64,000 bases of DNA, taken from positions 43,114-107,113 of the forward strand of contig DATJFF010000163.1 in assembly GCA_035495795.1 (NCBI GenBank), read 5' to 3'. The translations under genes and the position numbers were made by a program. A model generated the notes under the pieces. The model searched no databases. It was not told where the DNA came from and saw only the letters and a program-made list of their open reading frames with translations. This DNA is from Vicinamibacterales bacterium. Its GTDB lineage: Bacteria; Acidobacteriota; Vicinamibacteria; Vicinamibacterales; UBA2999. Positions 40,035 to 48,272 of the stretch are shown piece after piece (position 1 is the first letter of the stretch; the number at the start of each line of letters is the position of its first letter).

Positions 40035-40934
40035 TCACTGCGCCTGCTTGCGCCAATAGCGCGCCAGGCCAGCCCAGACTTGCTCGAACGGCGCTGCCGC
40101 TTCGAGCGCCGCCGCGTCGCGTTCCGAGAGAGCTCCCCGCGCCTCGGTCCGCATGCGGGCGACAAAGGATGCCACTCGCTCCTGATCCGACTCCCCATCG
40201 GAGAGCGATTGGCGGACGATTTCGGCCATTGCGTCCAGCACCACCCGATATCGCGGCAGGTACTCGCTGGCGTCCGGTACGAGCCCGAAGTGCGTCAACA
40301 GGAGGGCGCTCGGCTGCCACGCGGCGATGCGCTCCAGGCTGCCGTACCAGGCCGGCAGATCCACGTCGGGAGGCGGCGTCGCGGCAATCATGTAACCGCC
40401 AACGATGCAGATGCCGCCGGTGTCGCCGATGTAGGCCGTCCGGTCGTCCCGATCGAAGTACGACACGTGGTGCACCGCGTGGCCCGGCGTATAAGCCACC
40501 TCCAGCGTCCGGCCGCCCGCCTGCAGCTGCTCGCCCCCGCTCAGCACCTCCACCCGATCGGCAGGCGCCGGCTCGAACGCGCCCCAGAGCGTGTCCATCT
40601 GGTCGCCGTACAGCCTGGTCGCGCTCGAAATCAGTTTCGCGGGATCGATCATGTGCGGCGCCCCGCGCTCGTGGACCGAAACGGTCGCATGCGGAACGCG
40701 GCGAAGGATCGTGCCCGTCGCGCCGGCGTGATCGAGGTGGATGTGCGTGAGCAGGACCGACCGCACGTCGGCGAGTGAGCCACCGAGCCGCGCCAGGCCC
40801 GCTTCGAGTGCCGGCAGGCACGTCGTCGGTCCGGGGTCGATCACCGCGAATCCGTCAGGTCCGGTCAGCACGGCGGCCGCGATGACTCGCTCGCGGCCCT
40901 GGAAATTGAGGTCGACGATCTCCACGGCGGTCAA
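40035..40934 (-). CDS. MBL-fold metallo-hydrolase
   Basis: LLTHIHLDHAG metal-binding motif. Start set to the TTG at 40934 (TTGA overlap with the upstream stop); the GTG at 40925 is an alternative. Confidence 0.8.
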   Translation of the reverse strand: MTAVEIVDLNFQGRERVIAAAVLTGPDGFAVIDPGPTTCLPALEAGLARLGGSLADVRSVLLTHIHLDHAGATGTILRRVPHATVSVHERGAPHMIDPAKLISSATRLYGDQMDTLWGAFEPAPADRVEVLSGGEQLQAGGRTLEVAYTPGHAVHHVSYFDRDDRTAYIGDTGGICIVGGYMIAATPPPDVDLPAWYGSLERIAAWQPSALLLTHFGLVPDASEYLPRYRVVLDAMAEIVRQSLSDGESDQERVASFVARMRTEARGALSERDAAALEAAAPFEQVWAGLARYWRKQAQ

Positions 40935-41497
40935 TCGTGGAACGACAGATGCCGCCGCTCCGAGACGAAGCGGCCGTCCGGCTCCGGCACGAAGATCAGG
41001 CACTCCTCGAGATCCCCGCCGTAGACGTGCAGGGTCAGCGATGGTGTGTCGGGGCGTGCATTTTCGATCACGTGATGGTCGGTCGGCGGAATCAGGCGGC
41101 CGGCTTCGCCGCTGCCAGCCACGACGGTCTGTCGCGGCTGAATGTTGTAGCGGTGATCGGGTTCCTCGGTGACGTCGTATTGCGTAACCGCGATCTGCCC
41201 TTCGACCACGCCTTCCACGCACCACAGGCCGCCATGGTCGTGCACTGGCGTCCCCTGCCCTGGTCCCCAGGTCATCACGATTGCGGTGTACCGGCCCTGC
41301 GGATCGCGGTGCAGGAGCCGCCTCGCGTAACCGTCCGCACGAGTTGCACGGAAGGTGTCCGGAAGCACGACTCCACCACTGGCGAGCTCATGCTCGAGCA
41401 CGCCTTTCACCGCGCGCGTGATGGCCTCCACCGACCCGGCGTTCACCGCCTCGTCGAGCCGGGCCACGAGCGCCGAACAGAGCTGGTCGGTCTGCAT
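40931..41497 (-). CDS. cysteine dioxygenase type I-like cupin
   Basis: TWGPGQGTPVHDHGGLWCVEGVVEGQI and HHVIEN cupin His motifs typical of bacterial CDO homologues. Confidence 0.7.
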   Translation of the reverse strand: MQTDQLCSALVARLDEAVNAGSVEAITRAVKGVLEHELASGGVVLPDTFRATRADGYARRLLHRDPQGRYTAIVMTWGPGQGTPVHDHGGLWCVEGVVEGQIAVTQYDVTEEPDHRYNIQPRQTVVAGSGEAGRLIPPTDHHVIENARPDTPSLTLHVYGGDLEECLIFVPEPDGRFVSERRHLSFHD

Positions 41498-41505
41498 CGC
41501 GTTCT

Positions 41506-41545
41506 GCCTTCGCCTTGTGCCTTCGCCTTGTGCCTTCTGCCTTGT
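41506..41545 (-). repeat. 6/7-mer tandem array GCCTTC / GCCTTGT / GCCTTCT (AGAAGGC in gene sense)
   Basis: GCCTTC GCCTTGT GCCTTC GCCTTGT GCCTTCT GCCTTGT. Lies 14 nt after the S9 peptidase stop (41560-41562) and 8 nt before the CDO-like start (41497). Confidence 0.9.
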
Positions 41546-41559
41546 TGTTGTTCCCCAGC

Positions 41560-43956
41560 CTACTTCTTCAGGTTCGCGTCGAACAACTTGAGGATCCGCT
41601 TGTACTCATCCGCCCAGCTCGTCGCCTCGATGAACCCGTGGTCCTCGACCGGGTAGACGGCCAGTTCCCAGTTCTCTTTCCGCAGCTCGATGAGGCGCTG
41701 CGCGAGGCGAACCGAGTCCTGGAAGTGCACGTTGGTGTCGACCATGCCGTGGCAGATGAGGAGCGCGCCCTTCAACCCATCGGCAAAGAAAATCGGAGAG
41801 CTTTTCCGGTACGTCTCTTCCGAGGACTGCGGCTCGTCGAGGATGTTCGACGTGTAGGAATGGTTGTAGTGCGCCCAGTCGGTGACCGGACGCAGGGCGG
41901 CGCCAGCCGCAAACGTGTCGGGAGAGGTGAACATCGCCATCAGCGTGATGAAGCCGCCGTAGCTGCCGCCGTACACGCCGACGCGGCGGGCGTCCACGTT
42001 CTGCGACGCCGCCAGATACCCGGCGCCATCCACGACGTCGTCGAGATCGTGACCGCCCATCCATCCGTAGATCGCGGTGCGCCAGTCTCGGCCGTAGCCC
42101 GCGCTGGCGCGGTAGTCGGGATCGAGCACCACGTAGCCCTGCGACGCCAGCACGTGGTGAAACATGTACTCGCGGTAGTACGACGACCAGTAGCGGTGCG
42201 CGTTCTGCAGATACCCGGCCCCGTGCACGAACACCACCGCCGGCCGCGACGGATGGCGCCGGGCGCCGACCATCTCGGGCGTGAACAGACGCGCGTATAC
42301 CATCGCGCCGTCACGAGCCTTGTATTGAATGAGCTGCGGCTCCACCCACTTGAAGCCGCGCCACTCGTCGGAGGTACTCGTCGTCACCTGCGTGGGGGTG
42401 GCGCCGGCCCGGTTCGGCATCAGGAACACCTCGGGTGGACGATTCGACGCTGACGAGATCAGTCCGAGCATCTCCCGGTCCGGCGAAACCGAGGCCTGGT
42501 GCGCACCCGCCGCTGTGGTCAGGCGCTCGCGCGATCCCCCATCGACCGACACCCGGTAAATGTGACGCTCGCCGGGGTGCGCCTCGCTCGATTCGAGATA
42601 GAAGTGACCGCCATCCGGCGAGAGCTCGACCCGATCGATCTCGAAGGTACCTTGGGTAATCGCGGTGCCGGACGGTGAGTCGGCGATCACGTCGACGGTG
42701 TAGAGCTGCATCCAGCCGGTGTGCTCGGCGAGGAACCAGACGCGACGGTTGTCGCGCAGCCAGCCGAGACCGCCCGCGATGTTCCCGCTCGGGCCGATCT
42801 CCCGGACCCAGGCGCTGTCGTGGATCGTGTCCAGCACGCGCGTCTTGCCGCTTGCGGGATCGACGCGGACCAGCCACCGATCGGTGTTGTCGTCGGAACG
42901 GATGCTCGCCACCGCCTGGTTGCCATCGCCCGACAACAGCAGCGATGTCCATCGGACTTCACGCGACGGCTTCGGGGCGGGCGGGGGCGTCGCCGGCGCC
43001 TCGTCCGAGGTGTCCCCCATCTTCGGCCGTGGAATCTCTTGGGCGTCCACGATGCCCTCGAGCCCGGCCCACACCGCCTCCCCGTTCCGCAGGTTGAGGA
43101 TCGCGAGACGTCGCCGATCCTGCGCGTCGCCGACTTTGGTGCGAGACTGAATGTCTTCGGTGTACGCCGACTCGCTGACGAAGCGCGGAACGACGGCCGT
43201 ACGGGACTGCGCCCGTTCGGTGACTAGCAGGTAGGCGTAGATCCCGTCTCCGGATACTGCGGCATCGGTGACCGACTGGCGCTCGGCGAGCTCGAAGCGC
43301 GGCAGCGCCCGTTCGGCCTCGCGCGCTTCCCGCCGCTCGCGGCGGGCGCGTTCCTGCTCCACCCAGTCCAGGATGTGCGCCTCTTCGCGACGCAGCGCCC
43401 GCTGACTGTCGGTCATCTTCGAGTCCGGCCGCTTCTGGGCGACGTCGGTGAGCTGGACGAGCCCGCCGCTCCCGTCGAGGGGAACCAGGAACAGGTTGTT
43501 GTCCCGGACGAAGGTCACCGCGGTCTCGTTGCGGGCCCAGCGCGGCGACGACTCCGCGGCGGTGGTTCGCGTGATGTCGATTCGCCGATTCTCGGTGGTG
43601 TCGATGACAACGATGTCGCCGTTGTCGACGCCGAGTTGCCGCCGCCGGGCCGCGTCCCATTGTCCCGTGGGCAGCGGCGCCGAGCGGCGCTCGTTCTCCG
43701 TCAGCCGGCGCGGCGCGCCTCCGGCCCTGTTCACGACCCACGTCGCCGCCACATCGTCTTTCGGCTGCCGCCATTCGAAGTAGAGCCGCTGCGAGTCACC
43801 GGACCAGCGGGTGTTGTCGGGAGGATAGCCGACGAGATCGGGCCCGCGCATGATGCTGTCTACGGTCAGCGGAAACGAACGGGCGGCGGTCTGCGATTGG
43901 ACGAACGTAGTGAGCGCGACGAGGGCCAGGCCTGCCGCGGCAAGGGGCTTGGGCAT
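41560..43956 (-). CDS. S9-family serine peptidase (prolyl oligopeptidase / dipeptidyl peptidase type) with N-terminal beta-propeller
   Basis: GGSYGGFITLMAM nucleophile elbow and a C-terminal HGMVDTNVH block. Start moved to the ATG at 43956 (MPKPLAAAGLALVAL signal peptide), because the longer track ORF translates the repeat array. Confidence 0.9.
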   Translation of the reverse strand: MPKPLAAAGLALVALTTFVQSQTAARSFPLTVDSIMRGPDLVGYPPDNTRWSGDSQRLYFEWRQPKDDVAATWVVNRAGGAPRRLTENERRSAPLPTGQWDAARRRQLGVDNGDIVVIDTTENRRIDITRTTAAESSPRWARNETAVTFVRDNNLFLVPLDGSGGLVQLTDVAQKRPDSKMTDSQRALRREEAHILDWVEQERARRERREAREAERALPRFELAERQSVTDAAVSGDGIYAYLLVTERAQSRTAVVPRFVSESAYTEDIQSRTKVGDAQDRRRLAILNLRNGEAVWAGLEGIVDAQEIPRPKMGDTSDEAPATPPPAPKPSREVRWTSLLLSGDGNQAVASIRSDDNTDRWLVRVDPASGKTRVLDTIHDSAWVREIGPSGNIAGGLGWLRDNRRVWFLAEHTGWMQLYTVDVIADSPSGTAITQGTFEIDRVELSPDGGHFYLESSEAHPGERHIYRVSVDGGSRERLTTAAGAHQASVSPDREMLGLISSASNRPPEVFLMPNRAGATPTQVTTSTSDEWRGFKWVEPQLIQYKARDGAMVYARLFTPEMVGARRHPSRPAVVFVHGAGYLQNAHRYWSSYYREYMFHHVLASQGYVVLDPDYRASAGYGRDWRTAIYGWMGGHDLDDVVDGAGYLAASQNVDARRVGVYGGSYGGFITLMAMFTSPDTFAAGAALRPVTDWAHYNHSYTSNILDEPQSSEETYRKSSPIFFADGLKGALLICHGMVDTNVHFQDSVRLAQRLIELRKENWELAVYPVEDHGFIEATSWADEYKRILKLFDANLKK

Positions 43957-44000
43957 GCCTTTCACTCTAGCAGGCTGCTGAACTGCGACAGCCTGCGATG

Positions 44001-44070
44001 ACAAGGCAGAAGGCAGAAGGCAGAAGGCAAAAGGCAGAAGGCAGAAGGCCGAAGGCAGAAGGCCGAAACC
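44001..44070 (-). repeat. heptamer tandem array, 9-10 units AGAAGGC on the plus strand (GCCTTCT in gene sense)
   Basis: ACAAGGC (AGAAGGC)x3 AAAAGGC (AGAAGGC)x2 CGAAGGC AGAAGGC CGAAACC. Starts 1 nt after the GNAT stop (44072-44074) and is inverted relative to 41506-41545. Confidence 0.9.
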
Positions 44071-44071
44071 C

Positions 44072-44602
44072 TCAACGACGCTGGTTGCGATACGCCGCAT
44101 AGAGCCGCTGATCGCGGACTTCGCCATACTTGATGGCGCTCTGTCGCAATCGCCCTTCGAGCACGTAGCCGGCTTTCTCGAGGACGCGGATCGACGCGGA
44201 GTTGGACTCGAACGGGACGGCGAACAGGCGGGTCAGCTCGAACTTCGCAAACGCAAAGTCTGTGACCGCCCGCAGCGCCGCGGTCGCCAGGCCGCGCCCC
44301 CAGAACGGCTGGCCGAGCCAGTACCCGATCTCGGCCGAGACTCGTTCAATGTCGTGACCCAGTTGGAGGCCGATGCCGCCGACGACCGAGCCGTCGAGCG
44401 CAATCGCCCACACGCTTTCGACCGGCTGCTGCGCCACCCAGTGCAGAAAGCCGAGCCCATCCACGGCTTCGTAGGGATGAGGAAAGCGATCGCGCAGGTT
44501 GCGGGCCACATCGCGATTGTTCGCGATGCGCACCAGCGGCTCGAGGTCGTGCTCCCGCCACGTCCGCACTTCAGCGCCAGCGATCGGCAGATCCAGCTTC
44601 AT
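44072..44602 (-). CDS. GNAT-family N-acetyltransferase (RimJ/RimL-like)
   Basis: IGYWLGQPFWGRGLATAALRAVTDFAF acetyl-CoA-binding block. Confidence 0.85.
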   Translation of the reverse strand: MKLDLPIAGAEVRTWREHDLEPLVRIANNRDVARNLRDRFPHPYEAVDGLGFLHWVAQQPVESVWAIALDGSVVGGIGLQLGHDIERVSAEIGYWLGQPFWGRGLATAALRAVTDFAFAKFELTRLFAVPFESNSASIRVLEKAGYVLEGRLRQSAIKYGEVRDQRLYAAYRNQRR

Positions 44603-44771
44603 AGGGTCCCCCGCGGCTCGTTCCGTGGTTCGCGTACGAATCTCCCGGCCCTATTGATCGGCCGGCAGGACACGAGAAGTCGCGCGGCGTCAGCAGGGCG
44701 CGTTCGGAGTCAACGAAGGGTGGAACGATCTTCCTGGCAGGCGAACTGCGGTCGCGATCCGGGCGAGACTG

Positions 44772-45632
44772 TCAGCGCGTGCGGCCCCCAAACGTATCGC
44801 ACGACTGAATATCGCCGGACGTCAGACCACGGCGCAACCACTCCACGCGCTGCTGAGACGATCCGTGCGTGAAGCTCTCCGGCACCACCCGCCCCTGCGA
44901 CTGCTGCTGCAGGCGGTCGTCGCCGATCGAGGCGGCGGCACGCAAACCTTCTTCAGCGTCACCGGGATCGAGCCTGTTCTGCTGGGCAGCATAGTGTCCC
45001 CAGACTCCGGCGTAGCAATCTGCCTGCAGCTCGAGCCGGACTGAGAGCTGATTGGCTTCGGTCTCCGACGACTGCTGCTGAAGCCTCGACACCTTCTGGT
45101 TCGTGCCGACCAGGTTCTGGATGTGATGCCCGACTTCGTGCGCCACGACGTACGCCTGTGCGAAGTCGCCGGGGGCCCCGAAGCGCTGGTCCAACTCGCG
45201 GAAGAACGAGAGATCCAGATACACCTTGTGATCGGACGGGCAATAGAAGGGACCGGTCGCGGACGACGCCGATCCGCATGCCGACTGCACCGCGTTGTCG
45301 AACAGCACGAGCACCGGCGGTTGGTATTGCTCGCCTGCCTTGGCGAAGATCGAGGTCCAGGTGTCTTCGATGTTGCCCAGCGTTCTGCCGATGAACTTCG
45401 ACTGTGGATCGTCGCCGGCGGAGCCGGTTGGCACTTCCTCCTGCGCCGGGCCGCCGCCACCGCCTCCAGTCATCTGCAGCAGCGAGAGCGGGTTCACCCC
45501 GGTTATCCACGAGATGACGAGGACGATGAGGATGGTGCCGATGCCCCCGCCGCCGATGCCGACAGGGCCTCCCATCCGCATGCCGCGACGATCCTCAATA
45601 TTGGTGCTTTCGCGCTGATCCTCGAGCCGCAT
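44772..45632 (-). CDS. YpfJ-family putative neutral zinc metallopeptidase
   Basis: MRLEDQRESTNIEDRRG start, one TM segment, and YVVAHEVGHHIQN HExxH motif, characteristic of the YpfJ family. Confidence 0.85.
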   Translation of the reverse strand: MRLEDQRESTNIEDRRGMRMGGPVGIGGGGIGTILIVLVISWITGVNPLSLLQMTGGGGGGPAQEEVPTGSAGDDPQSKFIGRTLGNIEDTWTSIFAKAGEQYQPPVLVLFDNAVQSACGSASSATGPFYCPSDHKVYLDLSFFRELDQRFGAPGDFAQAYVVAHEVGHHIQNLVGTNQKVSRLQQQSSETEANQLSVRLELQADCYAGVWGHYAAQQNRLDPGDAEEGLRAAASIGDDRLQQQSQGRVVPESFTHGSSQQRVEWLRRGLTSGDIQSCDTFGGRTR

Positions 45633-45723
45633 GGCGGTAGCTTATATCGCGGCTGCAATCGCTGCGCCACATTGTCGATCGGGGCGACGCCACCTCGACC
45701 GCAGCCGGCGGTAGAATCGCCAC

Positions 45724-46224
45724 ATGTCGGAAACGGTCGTGCGCGCGACCGGCGCGGCCGTGACCATCGCCTACGCCGCGCTCATCGCATGGCTCGCAGC
45801 GTCGCAGCCGCAATCGATTGCGGAGGTCACCGGGGGCCTTGCTGCCACCGTTGGCGCGTACGAAGTGGATGCGGTCAGCTTCGGGGAGGGACGGCAGATG
45901 TTCCTCCGCGACGAGTTCGAGGCCGCCCGCTCGGCCTGGTCCCGAGCCGATCCCGCCGGCCGCGACCCCCGGACGCAGTTCTACGTCGCCTACAGTTACT
46001 ATCGCCAGGGCTGGGGACGGCTGAGTCACGACGATGCGTTGTACGCCGCGGGACTCGACACGCTGAACCGCGCGGTCGCGGCGGCGCCGGGCGGACGCAT
46101 CGTCGTGTCCGATCCCGAACTGCAGTTGCACACCGCAGACGAGCTCGGCGCCGAGCTGCGTGCCGGGCAGCGGCGCGAGTGGTCGGACCTGAACCCGATG
46201 CGGGTGTTCGGGAGCCGCAAATGA
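45724..46224 (+). CDS. hypothetical membrane-anchored protein
   Basis: N-terminal TM (AAVTIAYAALIAWLAA) followed by a helical soluble part. TAGAAT -10-like element just upstream. Confidence 0.5.
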   Translation: MSETVVRATGAAVTIAYAALIAWLAASQPQSIAEVTGGLAATVGAYEVDAVSFGEGRQMFLRDEFEAARSAWSRADPAGRDPRTQFYVAYSYYRQGWGRLSHDDALYAAGLDTLNRAVAAAPGGRIVVSDPELQLHTADELGAELRAGQRREWSDLNPMRVFGSRK

Positions 46225-46871
46225 CGCCCGCGCGCGAGGCCTTTGCCCTTCCGCTCACCTTTCTCACGGTGGTGCTCATCGGCGCTATCCGCCTCACTAC
46301 GCCCGTCGCGATCGTGCCGCCGACGCTGTTCTCGCTCGTCCTCGGCAGCATCCTGATGACCGTATTCATCCAGAGCGGCACGCTGGATCCCTCGCGTCTT
46401 GTCGGCGGCGACCGCTCGGCCTGGGCCAACACCAACGGGCTGCTGGCGCTGGTGGCGCTGTTTCTCGCCAACGCGCAGGTCATCTCGAGGCTGACGCCTG
46501 ACAGCGGCTTCCCCGCGCTCGTCGTCGGCGCGCTGTTCCTGGTCACGCTGCTTCAACTCGCCGCTGCCGCGCTGGATCGCGTGCGCTGCCTCAGGGTCTG
46601 GGGTGTCACCCTGCTCTCGGCCTTCGTACTCAAGTTCATTGTCGTCGCCACCCTCGCGGGCCCGGCCGACCGCCCGATGGCGCGGGCACTCCAGGCCCTC
46701 GTCGAAGGCCTGACCTTTGGCAACTTTTCGCAGCCGGTGGAACGCGCCGCGGCTGGCTATCTCACCTTCGCGATGCTCGCCGTGTACCTGATGGGCCTTG
46801 TTCTCCTTCCGTGCCTGCAGCACAGCGCGCTGTCGCAGACCAAGGCAGTGCTCCTACCTCCTGACTCCTGA
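46221..46871 (+). CDS. hypothetical polytopic membrane protein
   Basis: ATGA overlap with the upstream gene. About 6 hydrophobic segments. This is only the C-terminal third of the 582-aa track ORF. The stop codon lies inside the heptamer array. Confidence 0.55.
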   Translation: MTPAREAFALPLTFLTVVLIGAIRLTTPVAIVPPTLFSLVLGSILMTVFIQSGTLDPSRLVGGDRSAWANTNGLLALVALFLANAQVISRLTPDSGFPALVVGALFLVTLLQLAAAALDRVRCLRVWGVTLLSAFVLKFIVVATLAGPADRPMARALQALVEGLTFGNFSQPVERAAAGYLTFAMLAVYLMGLVLLPCLQHSALSQTKAVLLPPDS

Positions 46872-46899
46872 CTCCTACCTCCTGATTCCTGGCTCCTGT
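46851..46899. repeat. heptamer tandem array, 7 units CTCCTGA/CTCCTAC (TCAGGAG/GTAGGAG on the minus strand)
   Basis: CTCCTAC CTCCTGA CTCCTGA CTCCTAC CTCCTGA TTCCTGG CTCCTGT at a convergent junction. Confidence 0.9.
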
Positions 46900-46901
46900 C
46901 C

Positions 46902-47366
46902 TTAGCGCAGCGTTGACCACACTTCGCGTCGGACTGCGTCGCGCAGTTCCGCGGAGCGGGCGCTGTTCGCCTTGCGTTGCGCTTCGTCCGGTACGACGCG
47001 GAGCGTGGCGGCGTCGAGACCGGGCCCAAGATCATCGACGGCGACCAGGTTCTTCACCTTGAAGATCCGGAGGTGTGTCCAATCGGGTTTCGTACCGTCC
47101 GGGTTGGATGTGGCCAATACCGTGGTCACCTCGAGGAAGGCACCTGCGCGGCGCGCGTCTTCGTCGATCTTTTCAGCGGTGCCCTTGATGTAGGCGCTGT
47201 ACTCCTCGAGCCGGCCGGGGCGTGCGCGCCAGTAATAGGCCACGTAGGCCGGCGCGTCGCCGGGCGCCTGAACGGCCGCGCGGGCATGTAGTGTCCATTC
47301 GTTCATGCCGGCGGTGACAAGAGCCGCCATCGCCACGATCACGCCAACGAGCACGGTTCGCTTCAT
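46902..47366 (-). CDS. hypothetical exported or anchored protein (alpha+beta barrel-like)
   Basis: N-terminal hydrophobic segment MKRTVLVGVIVAMAALVTAG, high GC3 in frame, no firm motif. Confidence 0.55.
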   Translation of the reverse strand: MKRTVLVGVIVAMAALVTAGMNEWTLHARAAVQAPGDAPAYVAYYWRARPGRLEEYSAYIKGTAEKIDEDARRAGAFLEVTTVLATSNPDGTKPDWTHLRIFKVKNLVAVDDLGPGLDAATLRVVPDEAQRKANSARSAELRDAVRREVWSTLR

Positions 47367-47445
47367 CGTTCTGCCTTTCTCACGGGTGGCGGGCTTCGCC
47401 GAAGATTTCCGATTCCTCGACAGGGACTTCTACTTGGAGAGGAAC

Positions 47446-48243
47446 ATGATGATCCGAACTTTCATCGCCTTCGCCGCCGCAACTGCGTTACTCGCGGCCC
47501 CGGCAGCGGCGCAACCGCGACTATCGTTGTCGGCGACCGTGGCTTCGCCGGGCGAGCGTGTGACGGTAACCCTGACCGGCAGCCCAGGAGAGTACTACGC
47601 GGTGCTCGGCAGCACCGTCAACGAAGGGTTTAGCTACGCGGGCGTCGCGCTGGGCGTCGGTCGCGACGTTGTTATCCTCGCGCGCGGCGTACTGGATGGC
47701 AGCGGGCAGGCGCAGGCGGCGGTTCAGCCCCCCTTCGCGGGGACCGTCCTGGACCGGTACTACCTGCAAGCCGTCACCTCTACAACGCCCGACTTCGTGC
47801 CGCTTCAGGCGTCGTCTTCACGCGCCGTGCGCAACGGAGATGTGGTCCTCGGATTGCCTGGCACAGCGGGTCCCGCGGGGCCCACCGGACCTTCCGGCCC
47901 GCAAGGGCCTGCGGGCGCCGCTGGTCCGATCGGGCCGATCGGACCGGCCGGTCCTCAGGGCCTGCCTGGGCCTGCCGGCGCCACCAACGTCCGTGTTCGA
48001 ACCCGGTATGCGCTGGCATCTGCCTACCTCTTTGGCGAAGTGCTGGTGCCATGTGAAAACGGCGAGCGCGCGACCGGCGGCGGCGGTCACTCGGGCGGTC
48101 AGATAGGCCTGACACTCACCCAGACCGGGCCGTACCCACAGTTAAGCGACGGAGAAACGCCCACCGGCTGGTTCGCAACGTTTCAGAACACGACGGGGCA
48201 ATCCCGATATGTTTACGGGTACGCGATCTGCGTCGCGCCGTAG
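47446..48243 (+). CDS. secreted collagen-like triple-helix repeat protein
   Basis: Signal peptide ...[12 protein letters not shown], an N-terminal beta-rich domain, 15 uninterrupted G-X-Y triplets, and a Cys-containing C-terminal domain ([12 protein letters not shown]...YAICVAP). Confidence 0.7.
   Translation: MMIRTFIAFAAATALLAAPAAAQPRLSLSATVASPGERVTVTLTGSPGEYYAVLGSTVNEGFSYAGVALGVGRDVVILARGVLDGSGQAQAAVQPPFAGTVLDRYYLQAVTSTTPDFVPLQASSSRAVRNGDVVLGLPGTAGPAGPTGPSGPQGPAGAAGPIGPIGPAGPQGLPGPAGATNVRVRTRYALASAYLFGEVLVPCENGERATGGGGHSGGQIGLTLTQTGPYPQLSDGETPTGWFATFQNTTGQSRYVYGYAICVAP
47851..47985 (+). repeat. collagen-like (G-X-Y)15 coding repeat
   Basis: [45 protein letters not shown]. Confidence 0.9.
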
Positions 48244-48272
48244 AGCAGTAGTGAGTCCGCGTCGGAGGGGCG

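Noticed and set aside
44001-44070. Whether the tandem arrays (also at 3210, 19294, 31541, 41506 and 46851) are CRISPR arrays or minisatellite-type mobile elements.
   Set aside because: Units are only 7-8 nt and directly abutting, with no spacers. There are no cas genes, terminal inverted repeats or target-site duplications.
43957-44127. N-terminal 57-aa extension of the S9 peptidase ORF (and similarly the first two-thirds of the 582-aa ORF 45123-46871).
   Set aside because: The extension translates the heptamer array itself (LLPSAFCLLPFAFCLLPSAL). A proper signal peptide begins at the ATG at 43956. For 45123-46871, only the part from the ATG at 46221 has membrane-protein character, and it is ATGA-coupled to the upstream gene.
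44626-44646. A tRNA T-arm-like string GTGGTTCGCGTACGAATCTCC in the GNAT/YpfJ spacer.
   Set aside because: I could not draw an acceptor stem, D-arm or anticodon arm around it, and the T-loop consensus GGTTCGAATCC is interrupted. I found no tRNA, including tRNA-Sec near selB, anywhere in the window.
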